A stretch of 64,000 nucleotides of DNA from positions 6,473 to 70,472 of IMG/VR virus record IMGVR_UViG_3300047094_001400; one strand, 5' to 3'. The DNA comes from a virus. Position 1 is the stretch's first letter. Every line of letters begins with the position of its first letter. Of this stretch, positions 20,544-29,481 are shown one piece after another. The notes below the pieces were generated by a model, which saw only the letters and a program-made list of their open reading frames with translations, ran no database searches and was not told the origin of the DNA. The position numbers and the translations under genes are program-made.

Positions 20544-21590
20544 ATGAAAATAAAATTCAACAGCCACATAGTTCATAGCGGAATGGAGGAGCCTTTGTAT
20601 GTAAGCAGGGCTACTGCGGAAGATGTAGTGTTTGTAAAAGTAACAGAAACCGATTTTGAACATTTTAAGATTCTCCCAATGTATAACTGGGAACTTGAAA
20701 ATGGTACTTACAAAGGCACTATTCCATTCAAAAAAGACGCTTTGGTATGTCAGTTGGCTTTTAAGGCTGACTACCTTGTGCATACACCTACCTATGTAAA
20801 AATGAATTTTTCCTGCGGAGAAGAATCTGAGCAGGTAGAATTTAAGATTTTGGAGGACAACCTCGGAATTGAGATATTAGAAAAAAGTCTTAACTTTGGT
20901 ACGCTGAAAGTTGGTCAATCCTTTGACCACGAATTTGAAATTAAAAATACCAGTGAGTATGAAATTCAAGTCAATAGTTTCTATTGCAATTTACCTAATA
21001 GCATTGTCTTTGGCGGTATTCAGCCTATAAAGATAAAGCCGGGTAAAACTGCAAAAAGAAGTATTCAGGCTACGGTTTTAAGACCGTTTGATATTACGAG
21101 AACCGCTTTGATAGTAACATACGAAGTTGGGGGTATATCTATTTCTTCAAAATTTAAGATGGCGATAAACATTTCAGGGGTTGATAATTCTTCTTTACCA
21201 TTCAAGGTATCGGTGTTGCCTATAAAGGTTAATGGCATTCCTAAGACAGGCGTAACGGAAGTTGAGCATTTTGTAGGAGATGCTATTCGTGTATTGGGAG
21301 TTGAGGGGGCAGGAGTTATTTCTGTTCCTATTAAGGTGAGTGCTGAAACGGATCAAAGCATTCGTGTTATTGGTGCTACTATTACGGGTGGGGAATTAAT
21401 TTCTGTGGTAAAAAGACCTGAAGCAAGCCAGATTGAGATAGATGGTTTTGATAGTACGACCTTAAATTTCAGTTTTGTTCCTAATAAAATTGAGGGCATT
21501 GCGTCTGTAAAGGTATCGTTTTCAATACTTTACGGAGAAAACAAACAGGATGTGGTGTTAGATATAGTGTGGGGGGTAAGTAAAAATTAA
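20544..21590 (+). CDS. Ig-like (ASH/DUF1573-type) domain protein, probably structural
   Basis: 'LNFGTLKVGQSFDHEFEIKNTS..IKIKPGKT' beta-sandwich signature. Confidence 0.55.
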   Translation: MKIKFNSHIVHSGMEEPLYVSRATAEDVVFVKVTETDFEHFKILPMYNWELENGTYKGTIPFKKDALVCQLAFKADYLVHTPTYVKMNFSCGEESEQVEFKILEDNLGIEILEKSLNFGTLKVGQSFDHEFEIKNTSEYEIQVNSFYCNLPNSIVFGGIQPIKIKPGKTAKRSIQATVLRPFDITRTALIVTYEVGGISISSKFKMAINISGVDNSSLPFKVSVLPIKVNGIPKTGVTEVEHFVGDAIRVLGVEGAGVISVPIKVSAETDQSIRVIGATITGGELISVVKRPEASQIEIDGFDSTTLNFSFVPNKIEGIASVKVSFSILYGENKQDVVLDIVWGVSKN

Positions 21591-21603
21591 CTAATTTTGG
21601 GTT

Positions 21604-22311
21604 ATGTCAAGTACCTACTGCGATAAAATTCGGTTTACCAAGGATGTATATAACCTTGGGTATGTTCATATTGGAGGGGATTTTACTACTAACCCTATGA
21701 TATTTGCAGGGGTATTAGCGGTTGAATTAGACCCTGATATGCCAAGGGGACAATTAACTTTGATAAGTAGTTGCCCTAACCAAATTAAGTTTGTGAATTG
21801 GACTAATCAATTAGAAAGTCCGTATTACTACCAAGTTCCTGTTCCTCCTGCTAATCCTTCTAATTTACTTACAGGAGGCAATACATACTATATTCCTTTC
21901 AACTTAGATGTAAGGGAGTGTGGTGAATTTGAGTGTGAAATATCATACGAATATGTATTTGAAGTCCCCAATACAAGTCCTGTTGAAACAATTATTTGTA
22001 CGGGAACAACAAAGATAATGGCGTATCAAGCCACTTGTGATTTTGTTACTTGTTTGTTAGAGGCTTCTGAGGTGTATTGCAACTTAGATGAATCTTGCAT
22101 TGAGGAGATATGTGATAACCCTTGCTATCAAAGATTTGTAAGGTTGTTCTTAATTGACCAAACGATTGACTACAAGGTAAGCAGATTTGACTGGAAAGCC
22201 GTTGATGGGCTTTACAAACAAGCATTAGTAGATATTTGTCCGTGTGATTGTAGTGGGAATAGAAATGCCATTGGCGAGGCTGAATCTTTAATTTATAGTA
22301 GGAATGTCTAA
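21604..22311 (+). CDS. Cys-rich putative virion protein
   Basis: 235 aa; Cys-rich helical C-terminus (CPCDC). Confidence 0.55.
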   Translation: MSSTYCDKIRFTKDVYNLGYVHIGGDFTTNPMIFAGVLAVELDPDMPRGQLTLISSCPNQIKFVNWTNQLESPYYYQVPVPPANPSNLLTGGNTYYIPFNLDVRECGEFECEISYEYVFEVPNTSPVETIICTGTTKIMAYQATCDFVTCLLEASEVYCNLDESCIEEICDNPCYQRFVRLFLIDQTIDYKVSRFDWKAVDGLYKQALVDICPCDCSGNRNAIGEAESLIYSRNV

Positions 22312-24427
22312 TACAAGGTGTGAACAAGACTTAGTTGGGTTTAACCCACAAAACAGTGCTCAGGTTTTAACCATTGGAGTACCGACTATTGTTAATGATG
22401 CCTTGGTTATTGACACAAGGGCTATTATCCCATATTCAGGTTCAGTTCAATTAAGAATTACGGATGAACTTGGGATGACTGCTACTTTCGTTGAAAGTGG
22501 AACTGCTGATTTGACAAAGGTTGTTGTAGCAGGTCAGTTACTTTATATTCCACTAAGGGTTACTGCGAATGATTGCGGTTATGACAGATGTGGTTATTGG
22601 CAGTTTACAGTTTATTATGAAGCTACTCCTGATTATGGAGATAAAGGAGGCGAAGAACCTGAACCTTGTGGTAAGCCTAATAGGCAAATAAAGGTATGCA
22701 GGTTTGACGCTAAGATTCAGAATAAATGTATTGCTGATTTTAGGGAAAAGAGAATTGAGATTGTTTCAAGTGATGACCCTCCAACACAAGACATTGAAAC
22801 TAAGTTTGACTTAGGATATACTCCACAATGCACAGGTCCTGTAACAGTTACTTTTACAACAAGTTGTAGGGATGCGATAAGTTTTATTGAAACTCAAGGC
22901 GAACCTGATTTTACATACACATTAAATTCAAGTACAGAACTTGTTGTTCGTGGTGATTATGGTGCTTTTCAATCTGCATTCCCTCTTCAGTTTAGCGTTT
23001 ATTCGGCTGACCTGAATTGTAACTGCCAGATATTTGCGTCAATAGTTTACGATAATTGTGATAACCCAAACTTGGTTACGCAATACAACAATGGAACACT
23101 ATCCGGATATAACTTTCAGGCTCAATTTAATGCAGCAGGGATATGGGCAAGGTCAGGAACAATTTTTACTACAACTATTAATCCTGTTGCCGGAACTGCT
23201 TTACGAGTTCAAATTACTGACCCTGTTGATTACACTAACAGGCCATTGCCAAGTTTTGCAGAGTATTTACCACTTGTAACAACAGGTTCTATTATATGGC
23301 AAGGAGACCCAAGTAGTCCTATTTCTATAACTTCAGGTGAAAGATATTGGCTAAGATGTAAGTCAAGGCTACAAAATGCTTTGCACCTTATTAAAGCAAA
23401 TGAGGATGTTCACCTTGATAGGTATTTTGTTACAGGTAGCGGTTCTTTTAATCCTGCGATTCCATACTTTACACAATACACTCCTGCAGGACAATGGCAC
23501 GATATAGGCATTAGATGGCAATCATCAGGTGTAAATCCAACCATAAGTCCATTTGTAAGGTATGTAAATACATTTGCAGCAGGACCTAATACTAATTTTG
23601 TTGGTGATTTGTATCTTAACGGGGATTCCTTTTCCGATTGGGCGAATATTGAACTTACAAAGTACTACCCAAGCGATTGTATTGAATGCCCACAAAGAGT
23701 ACTTACCCTTGTCAGAAAAGATTGCGACTATGAAACAATAGTTGAAATTACTCAGCAAGAAGGACAATGCCTTGAGTTCAAACTGAATGACGATAGCCTT
23801 TTTGGATATACTCCAGGTCACGACATTTCAGATTTTACCCTGTTCAGAAAAGCAGTTGTTACATATCCAAGTGGAGCACAAACAATTTATTCTTCCGTTG
23901 TTCCATACAACATTCTAATTCAACCTGCTTCGTCAAATGTTCTTGTAAGTTTTGCTCAATCCCCAATTACAGGTGATGGTACTTTTGATGTAACTCTAAC
24001 CAATGTTCCTACTTTCAATCCGATAGTAACCTATAACGGAACTACCGATTGTGTTTGCCTATTGGATTCAGGGGGCAATATTAGATTCTTTCAAAGTACT
24101 GCAAGTGCTCCCGGATATACTCCATTGGTTACTGCAGGATGGCAAAACTATTGGGTAGAAATTTCCGAGGGTGACTTGGATGAAAAATATTCTGATACCA
24201 AGCAGTTGAACATATTCTGTAATTTGGATCAGTGCATTGACGAATACCTAAACAAACTTTGGTGCTCACTTGAAAGTTATTGCAATGTAAATATTTGCGA
24301 CCAAGAGTGCATTCAGAATTACTTGTACCTAATTTCTTTGAGGGAAACTATTTTACTTCAGGGAGAGGGCTTCAAGGATGTTTTCAACTATGCAAATAAA
24401 TTGTGTAAGGATTGTAATTGTAAATAA
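22304..24427 (+). CDS. Putative tail fibre/appendage protein, Cys-rich
   Basis: 707 aa, beta-rich; C-terminal Cys cluster (LCKDCNCK) similar to that of the upstream gene. Confidence 0.55.
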   Translation: MSNTRCEQDLVGFNPQNSAQVLTIGVPTIVNDALVIDTRAIIPYSGSVQLRITDELGMTATFVESGTADLTKVVVAGQLLYIPLRVTANDCGYDRCGYWQFTVYYEATPDYGDKGGEEPEPCGKPNRQIKVCRFDAKIQNKCIADFREKRIEIVSSDDPPTQDIETKFDLGYTPQCTGPVTVTFTTSCRDAISFIETQGEPDFTYTLNSSTELVVRGDYGAFQSAFPLQFSVYSADLNCNCQIFASIVYDNCDNPNLVTQYNNGTLSGYNFQAQFNAAGIWARSGTIFTTTINPVAGTALRVQITDPVDYTNRPLPSFAEYLPLVTTGSIIWQGDPSSPISITSGERYWLRCKSRLQNALHLIKANEDVHLDRYFVTGSGSFNPAIPYFTQYTPAGQWHDIGIRWQSSGVNPTISPFVRYVNTFAAGPNTNFVGDLYLNGDSFSDWANIELTKYYPSDCIECPQRVLTLVRKDCDYETIVEITQQEGQCLEFKLNDDSLFGYTPGHDISDFTLFRKAVVTYPSGAQTIYSSVVPYNILIQPASSNVLVSFAQSPITGDGTFDVTLTNVPTFNPIVTYNGTTDCVCLLDSGGNIRFFQSTASAPGYTPLVTAGWQNYWVEISEGDLDEKYSDTKQLNIFCNLDQCIDEYLNKLWCSLESYCNVNICDQECIQNYLYLISLRETILLQGEGFKDVFNYANKLCKDCNCK

Positions 24428-24430
24428 GAT

Positions 24431-24730
24431 ATGTCAATACCTCCTGTAAATGTATCGTGTGTTGGTAATTTGGTAGAACTTACTGAATTGCAGTCCCCGA
24501 AAATATTGCAACAAGCGTTAGAATCTTTGTATAATTACAAGGAGTGTTGCCCGGGTAACGAGTTGCTTTTCAAGGCAGTAATACTAAAAAAACTGATTGG
24601 TAAGTACAATTTTAACCCAGGTCAATTTTACAATGTTCCTGTTACAATTAATAAGAAACAGGCTGAATGCTATTGCGTTTGGGTAACAAGAAGAACTCCA
24701 ACGGAGGAACCTTCGCAAATTGTTCCATAG
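24431..24730 (+). CDS. Hypothetical Cys-containing protein
   Basis: 99-aa ORF packed tightly in the operon. Confidence 0.55.
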   Translation: MSIPPVNVSCVGNLVELTELQSPKILQQALESLYNYKECCPGNELLFKAVILKKLIGKYNFNPGQFYNVPVTINKKQAECYCVWVTRRTPTEEPSQIVP

Positions 24731-24796
24731 TCTGTTTTGTATAAGTGTCTAAAATTCTATACATTTGTATAGGTTTTATCCTTAAAGTAACGGATT

Positions 24797-25105
24797 ATGT
24801 ATATTGATAATGGTCCAAATCAAGGTTTTCCTGCTTCGGTTATTGTAACCAGCGGTGATGGGATTCAATGGAGTTCTATCCGGAAGTCACGGATTACCAA
24901 AGTTGCACCTGTTTTTATGGCAAATGCACAGAATACAGGCTCGCAAACTTACCCATACCTAAATCTTTGCCGAATTTACCTCGGAGATGATATGGGTTCT
25001 TTCTTCGATTTTGATATTCAGGAAGTTGTGAATCAGCCTACTTGGGTTGGTGGTACACAAACTCAGTTGAATACTGCAATTAATGACATCAATAACTGGC
25101 TATAA
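24797..25105 (+). CDS. Hypothetical (probable virion) protein
   Basis: 102-aa ORF; TACATTTG at 24760. Confidence 0.6.
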   Translation: MYIDNGPNQGFPASVIVTSGDGIQWSSIRKSRITKVAPVFMANAQNTGSQTYPYLNLCRIYLGDDMGSFFDFDIQEVVNQPTWVGGTQTQLNTAINDINNWL

Positions 25106-25108
25106 GAT

Positions 25109-25369
25109 ATGGCAACTAAGTACAAATACATTCGATTAGAACCTGCTGACAATGGTCACAAACTTTGCTACACAAAATGCAAAGAAGCAGACGATATTAA
25201 GCGTGAATACTATTCTGAGGGTATGCCTCGGGAACTTGTCTTTGAAAACAATGACAAGGCTGTAAAAGCCTATTTGAAACTATGTGAAGCCAACGGTCAA
25301 GGGGCTGATGTAGATGAGGAGATAATGGCTATAAAAGGTGTTGAAATAGAAGAAGAGGAGGAGTATTAA
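25109..25369 (+). CDS. Hypothetical protein with acidic tail
   Basis: 86-aa ORF in operon. Confidence 0.55.
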   Translation: MATKYKYIRLEPADNGHKLCYTKCKEADDIKREYYSEGMPRELVFENNDKAVKAYLKLCEANGQGADVDEEIMAIKGVEIEEEEEY

Positions 25370-25370
25370 G

Positions 25371-26108
25371 ATGGTTACAGTTACAGTTGTTACCGGAACT
25401 CCTGAAGTACAAGTGTCTTTCAATGGAAGTACATTTTACTTTCCTACTGCTACTTCAAAGGCTGATTACTCCGATAAGGGAGATACAATCATTTTGCAGT
25501 GCCCACCAATAGGATTATCTATTCCTTTGCCAAGTGCTTCTTATCAATTTGTAATTGATTCTGTTGCTTGGGTAGGAACATTTTCAAGTTTGGCAGAAAC
25601 TTTCAACAAGACTTATTTCAATAATGTTGCTGTTAGTCCTGACCCTACTTCATTTTCTGCCATTCGTGCCAATGCTATTACAACAGGAGCGTATGTAAAT
25701 ACAAGTTCTATTCTTGTAACAGGCAGAGAACAGGTTCATTTTGATTTACTTATTTCAAATGGAGGTGGACTTGCAAACCCAGGGACTATTATTGCTATTG
25801 TTGAGGTAAGTGATGACAATTCTACTTGGAAAGACCTTTATAGTTTAAGTCCTGCTTCTGCTCCATCTACTGATGGTGCTACTACCCCATTTGCCGCAGG
25901 AACTATTTTTAGGCAGTTCAGTGGTGAAATTGCAGCAGTATCAATTCCTTACGACAATACATCTATGCCTACAAGGCAAATCCGTATTAGTTATAGTACA
26001 GGATATGGCAAGTATTATAGACTTTCGGTTCGTGCGAGTTCAGGTGGAATTTCTACTGGAGCTCCTGCTACTTTCCCAGACTTGCGTATTAGGGCTTCTT
26101 TACAATAA
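25371..26108 (+). CDS. Putative tail/receptor-binding protein
   Basis: Beta-rich; 'VEVSDDNSTWKD..YYRLSV' resembles jelly-roll modules. Confidence 0.5.
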   Translation: MVTVTVVTGTPEVQVSFNGSTFYFPTATSKADYSDKGDTIILQCPPIGLSIPLPSASYQFVIDSVAWVGTFSSLAETFNKTYFNNVAVSPDPTSFSAIRANAITTGAYVNTSSILVTGREQVHFDLLISNGGGLANPGTIIAIVEVSDDNSTWKDLYSLSPASAPSTDGATTPFAAGTIFRQFSGEIAAVSIPYDNTSMPTRQIRISYSTGYGKYYRLSVRASSGGISTGAPATFPDLRIRASLQ

Positions 26109-26118
26109 TCATTGAGTT

Positions 26119-26721
26119 ATGATTAACGACAAAAACATTTTAGGGGTTTCTGAAATAGCAGTTCCTACAAGTCTTGCAGGTATTTTTAAGGTAATTAGAG
26201 ATATTCAAATAGTATCTGCCTTACCTGCGGTTCCTGTCCCTGGCGTTACTTATTTGGTAGGAGCTCAAACAACCATAAGTATTACAGGTTTGAATGGCAA
26301 TGCAGACTTGTATTACAGAATTATGGGCACAACGATTAATGCAGGCAGTGCCGATACGCACACAATGCGATTTAATACGGTTAATACCAATGTGTACGAT
26401 TCAAGGTATTCGTATGTAGGTGCTGCATCAAGTGTTGGCTCAAGTGCTCAGACACATATGTTCCTTGCCCCTAATAATGGTTCAAACTCACTAACAATGT
26501 GGGATATAAACATTGACCCTGCTACGGGTAAGAATAGAGTTGTTCAAGGTACTGCAAGTACATTTGGTGCTAATCAGCAAACTACTCCATTGTATCCAAC
26601 TTTTGATGGTCTTTGGCGTGACAATTCAACTAACATCACAAGCATTCAATTAGGATATGCTTCAATATCTAACGGGTATGCCGTTGGTACAAGAATCAGA
26701 CTTTTTGCTTTACAATCATGA
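26119..26721 (+). CDS. Putative tail fibre protein
   Basis: C-terminal 'STNITSIQL..GTRIRLFA' resembles phage tail fibre ends. Confidence 0.55.
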   Translation: MINDKNILGVSEIAVPTSLAGIFKVIRDIQIVSALPAVPVPGVTYLVGAQTTISITGLNGNADLYYRIMGTTINAGSADTHTMRFNTVNTNVYDSRYSYVGAASSVGSSAQTHMFLAPNNGSNSLTMWDINIDPATGKNRVVQGTASTFGANQQTTPLYPTFDGLWRDNSTNITSIQLGYASISNGYAVGTRIRLFALQS

Positions 26722-26936
26722 TTAAGGTAGGAAAATACTACAGAATCCAAACAGAATTTGGAGAACGCACTATAAAGGCTTTAGAGCTTATTATTGAGGG
26801 AATGTATGGGATTTATTCCCCAAGCGATTACGCTATTCCTGCCGACAACCAAGGTTCATTGATTCCTGAGGGTAGTCCTGAGGCAACAGAGGAAGAAGCT
26901 TTAGAATGGGATAATTGGTATAATTCTGCTGGTTAA
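26718..26936 (+). CDS. Hypothetical protein, possible fibre chaperone
   Basis: 72 aa; ATGA overlap with the previous gene. Confidence 0.5.
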   Translation: MIKVGKYYRIQTEFGERTIKALELIIEGMYGIYSPSDYAIPADNQGSLIPEGSPEATEEEALEWDNWYNSAG

Positions 26937-27214
26937 TGACACAAGCAAGTATTGAAAAGAAAAATATGTCTTTTGTATTGGATTGGGCAAAAACCCTTGG
27001 TGTACCTGTTATTACTTTGGTAATAAGTATTTACGGCAATAGGCTGTTAGATAATACCGATAAACAGAAAGAAGTTCTTGACCAAATCCAAAAGAATCAG
27101 ATTGAGTTCAAGATTAAAATGGAATCTTTTCAGGAACTTCAGGAGGCCAAGAACCAAATGTTTGAAAGGGAGTTGCAGGGAATTAAAAGGGAGTTGGAAC
27201 TATTAAAATACTGA
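26936..27214 (+). CDS. Membrane-anchored coiled-coil protein (lysis cassette)
   Basis: One TM segment followed by coiled coil; upstream of the endolysin. Confidence 0.5.
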   Translation: MTQASIEKKNMSFVLDWAKTLGVPVITLVISIYGNRLLDNTDKQKEVLDQIQKNQIEFKIKMESFQELQEAKNQMFERELQGIKRELELLKY

Positions 27215-27218
27215 CTGC

Positions 27219-27509
27219 ATGAAAATCAACGACAAAGTTCAAATTAGCGTAACAGGGGTAGGGCATAGCACTCCAAAGGTATGGAACTGGATTTCTTTGT
27301 TCCTTGTTGGATACGCTACCTATCAACCATTGTTACTTGATTGGGTTCATTCTGCTCCATTCGGGAGTATAGAATCTAAGGATTTGGTAATGGCGTGGTT
27401 TGATTGGCTTTGTCCGGCACTTGGTATATTAATTCAGTTTACCCATAAAACTAATCCTGAGAACAATGGCAATACAGACAACAACACTGAGCCAACAAGG
27501 TGGGAATAA
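27219..27509 (+). CDS. Putative holin
   Basis: Two hydrophobic segments; immediately upstream of and overlapping the endolysin. Confidence 0.5.
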   Translation: MKINDKVQISVTGVGHSTPKVWNWISLFLVGYATYQPLLLDWVHSAPFGSIESKDLVMAWFDWLCPALGILIQFTHKTNPENNGNTDNNTEPTRWE

Positions 27510-27948
27510 CCCATTAGAGTTAATCCTTAAGCCATTCCGTTTTACCGCAAACAGTAGTATTTCAGAATTGTTTATTGGCAATAGTAATGTTCGCCAATGC
27601 TACATTCTTGAAAGACCATACAGAGGCAGGAACCTTCGGGATGATAGAAGCACTCCTGGGGTAAATGAATCTGAAGCAATACTTCCTGGCAGGTATGAAC
27701 TTACCTTAACTTGGAGCCCTGCATTTAAGCAATTAATGTTGTTGGTGGTAAATGTTCCGGGCAGAGATGGCATAAGAATCCATATTGCCAACAAGCCAAG
27801 TGAATTATTGGGTTGTTTAGCACCAGGAACAGGAGTAGGAGTTGATAGTGTTACGGGCAGTACGGATGCCCTAGCAAATCTTTTGGGCAGAATAGTACCT
27901 GAAATGTTGAAAGGTAGATCCGTTTTCCTGAATGTAATTAGACCGTAA
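27466..27948 (+). CDS. DUF5675-family putative endolysin
   Basis: 'CYILERP', 'AILPGRYEL' and 'VPGRDGIRIHIAN..LLGCLAPG' motifs. Confidence 0.7.
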   Translation: MAIQTTTLSQQGGNNPLELILKPFRFTANSSISELFIGNSNVRQCYILERPYRGRNLRDDRSTPGVNESEAILPGRYELTLTWSPAFKQLMLLVVNVPGRDGIRIHIANKPSELLGCLAPGTGVGVDSVTGSTDALANLLGRIVPEMLKGRSVFLNVIRP

Positions 27949-28248
27949 TTACTTTTCCTGATACATAGCCCTGATTAAAAGCAGGTAGTTTATAGCGTCA
28001 ATAAACTTTTCGTCAAGTTCTGCGTGTGTAGGCTTATGATTAGTTTGGATTGAATCCTTAATCCATTGTAGGTGTTTGGTCATATATTCCCATGCGACTG
28101 CCTGAGGTTTATCTTGTAGGGATATTCCGGTACGGAAGTTTCTGAACACATCATTATCTGATGCGTATTCTTCATTCTTTTTGAGGAGGGTTTTTTCAAC
28201 GAGTACAAGTGCTTCCTGTACTGACCTGCGTAGTTCTGAATTATTCAT
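27949..28248 (-). CDS. DUF1599/Nmad1-like all-alpha (MazG-like) protein
   Basis: 'KKNEEYA..DVFRNF..DEKFIDAINYLLL'; start moved to ATG 28248 behind a TATCTTTG promoter. Confidence 0.6.
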   Translation of the reverse strand: MNNSELRRSVQEALVLVEKTLLKKNEEYASDNDVFRNFRTGISLQDKPQAVAWEYMTKHLQWIKDSIQTNHKPTHAELDEKFIDAINYLLLIRAMYQEK

Positions 28249-28260
28249 AGGGCAAAGATA

Positions 28261-28300
28261 AAAAAATAACCTCGGGCGATTCGCATAACACCCGAGGCTA
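28261..28300 (-). terminator. Intrinsic terminator closing a short non-coding unit
   Basis: Minus strand tagcctcgggtg-N10-cgcccgaggtta followed by T run. Confidence 0.7.
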
Positions 28301-28423
28301 CCCTTAAAACCTATGTCTACGCAAGACGATATAAAGGTAGAAAAGGTTGCACGAAATAAAAAATAATTTTTTTTGTAACCTTTGGGGATGTGGTTCGTTA
28401 AGGCTATCAAAACCATATAAAGT

Positions 28424-28813
28424 ATGAAAAAAGTAATGTTAGTTTTGAGTTTAGTTGTGTTCACGGGATGTGCCACAATTACGAGTTCCACCAAGCAGGA
28501 GGTTTCTATCAATGTAAAACCTGACCATGCTAAAGTTTATGTGAATGGGAACAAGGTAGGAGAGGGAAGTTGTACTGCTGAAGTTCCTGTAAAGAAGCGT
28601 AACACTATCATTGTCAAGGCGGAAGGGTATGAGAATGCTCAAATTAAGACACAAAGACAGATTCGTCCAGGGTATTTGATTGGCAATATCGGGATGTGTT
28701 TTGTGCCTTATGTAAACTTTTTTGGCTTACCGAGTTTAATTGTTGATGCGTGTACGGGTGCGTGGTACAAGTTGGAGGAGGATGAATACTACTTTGATTT
28801 GGATAAGAAATAA
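28424..28813 (+). CDS. PEGA-domain lipoprotein
   Basis: Lipobox 'VFTGC'; 'VKPDHAKVYVNG..VKAEGY' PEGA pattern; C-terminal 'IVDACTGAWY'. Confidence 0.7.
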   Translation: MKKVMLVLSLVVFTGCATITSSTKQEVSINVKPDHAKVYVNGNKVGEGSCTAEVPVKKRNTIIVKAEGYENAQIKTQRQIRPGYLIGNIGMCFVPYVNFFGLPSLIVDACTGAWYKLEEDEYYFDLDKK

Positions 28814-28821
28814 ATCCTTTT

Positions 28822-28953
28822 TAAGTTTGTAGTGCCTTCGGAGGCGTAATTCCGGTGTCTGTGTGGAAGCGGATATGAAAATATTTCCTGTTAGGAATCA
28901 ACCCCTGTGAACAAGCATCTTCCACCTCTGCTTGTTCCGGGGGTTTTTAATTT
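28822..28953 (+). ncRNA. Promoter-leader RNA with loop-loop (kissing) terminator, copy 1
   Basis: TAAGTTTG; hairpin gtgtctg/cggatat with loop tgtggaag; small ttcct/aggaa hairpin; terminator loop contains cttccac. Confidence 0.7.
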
Positions 28954-28976
28954 ACAGAAAGTCATGGGAAATTTAC

Positions 28977-29098
28977 TATATTTGTACCCGTACAATGGTA
29001 CTATCCGGGTGAGAGCGGATAAGAAAAATTTCCTTTTAGGAAACCAAACCCCTTGAAGCAGGTGACTCTCACCACCTGTTTCGGGGGTTTTTAATTTT
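28977..29098 (+). ncRNA. Promoter-leader RNA with loop-loop terminator, copy 2 (leader of replication operon)
   Basis: TATATTTG; tatccg/cggata with loop ggtgagag; small ttcct/aggaa hairpin; terminator apex ctctcacc. Confidence 0.75.
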
Positions 29099-29107
29099 AA
29101 GAAAGCC

Positions 29108-29476
29108 GTGGAAGAAAAATTGCCAGAAACAACTTCTCAAGATTCTGAAATCATTGAGTTCAAAATTCCTTTAAGTGTATTGGAATCTTGCAAATTAACA
29201 GGAGAGCAAAAACTTATATGGCTTATAGCCAACAAGTTAAATGAAAAAGACAAAGAGTATGATGTTCAAATACTTGAGCATTTTTTGTGTATCAGCAAAC
29301 ACAGAATTTATAAGTTAGTAAACGATATGATTCGTGATGGGTATTTGAAAAAGATAACAACAACCAAGGAAATAAAAGATATGATATGCACTGAAAAGGA
29401 AACAGAATCCTATTTGGTTGCCATTGTTCCTTCTATTTTAGACGATAATTCAGATAACGATTCAGCTCCATTTTAA
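29108..29476 (+). CDS. Winged-HTH-like protein with acidic 'DSAPF' tail
   Basis: GTG start; 'LTGEQKLIW..ISKHRIYKLVNDMIRDGYL'. Confidence 0.55.
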   Translation: MEEKLPETTSQDSEIIEFKIPLSVLESCKLTGEQKLIWLIANKLNEKDKEYDVQILEHFLCISKHRIYKLVNDMIRDGYLKKITTTKEIKDMICTEKETESYLVAIVPSILDDNSDNDSAPF

Positions 29477-29481
29477 TAGTT

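Noticed and set aside
13116-20783. Many antisense ORFs of 60-174 aa opposite the giant gene
   Set aside because: Shadow ORFs from codon bias, with no motifs or expression signals
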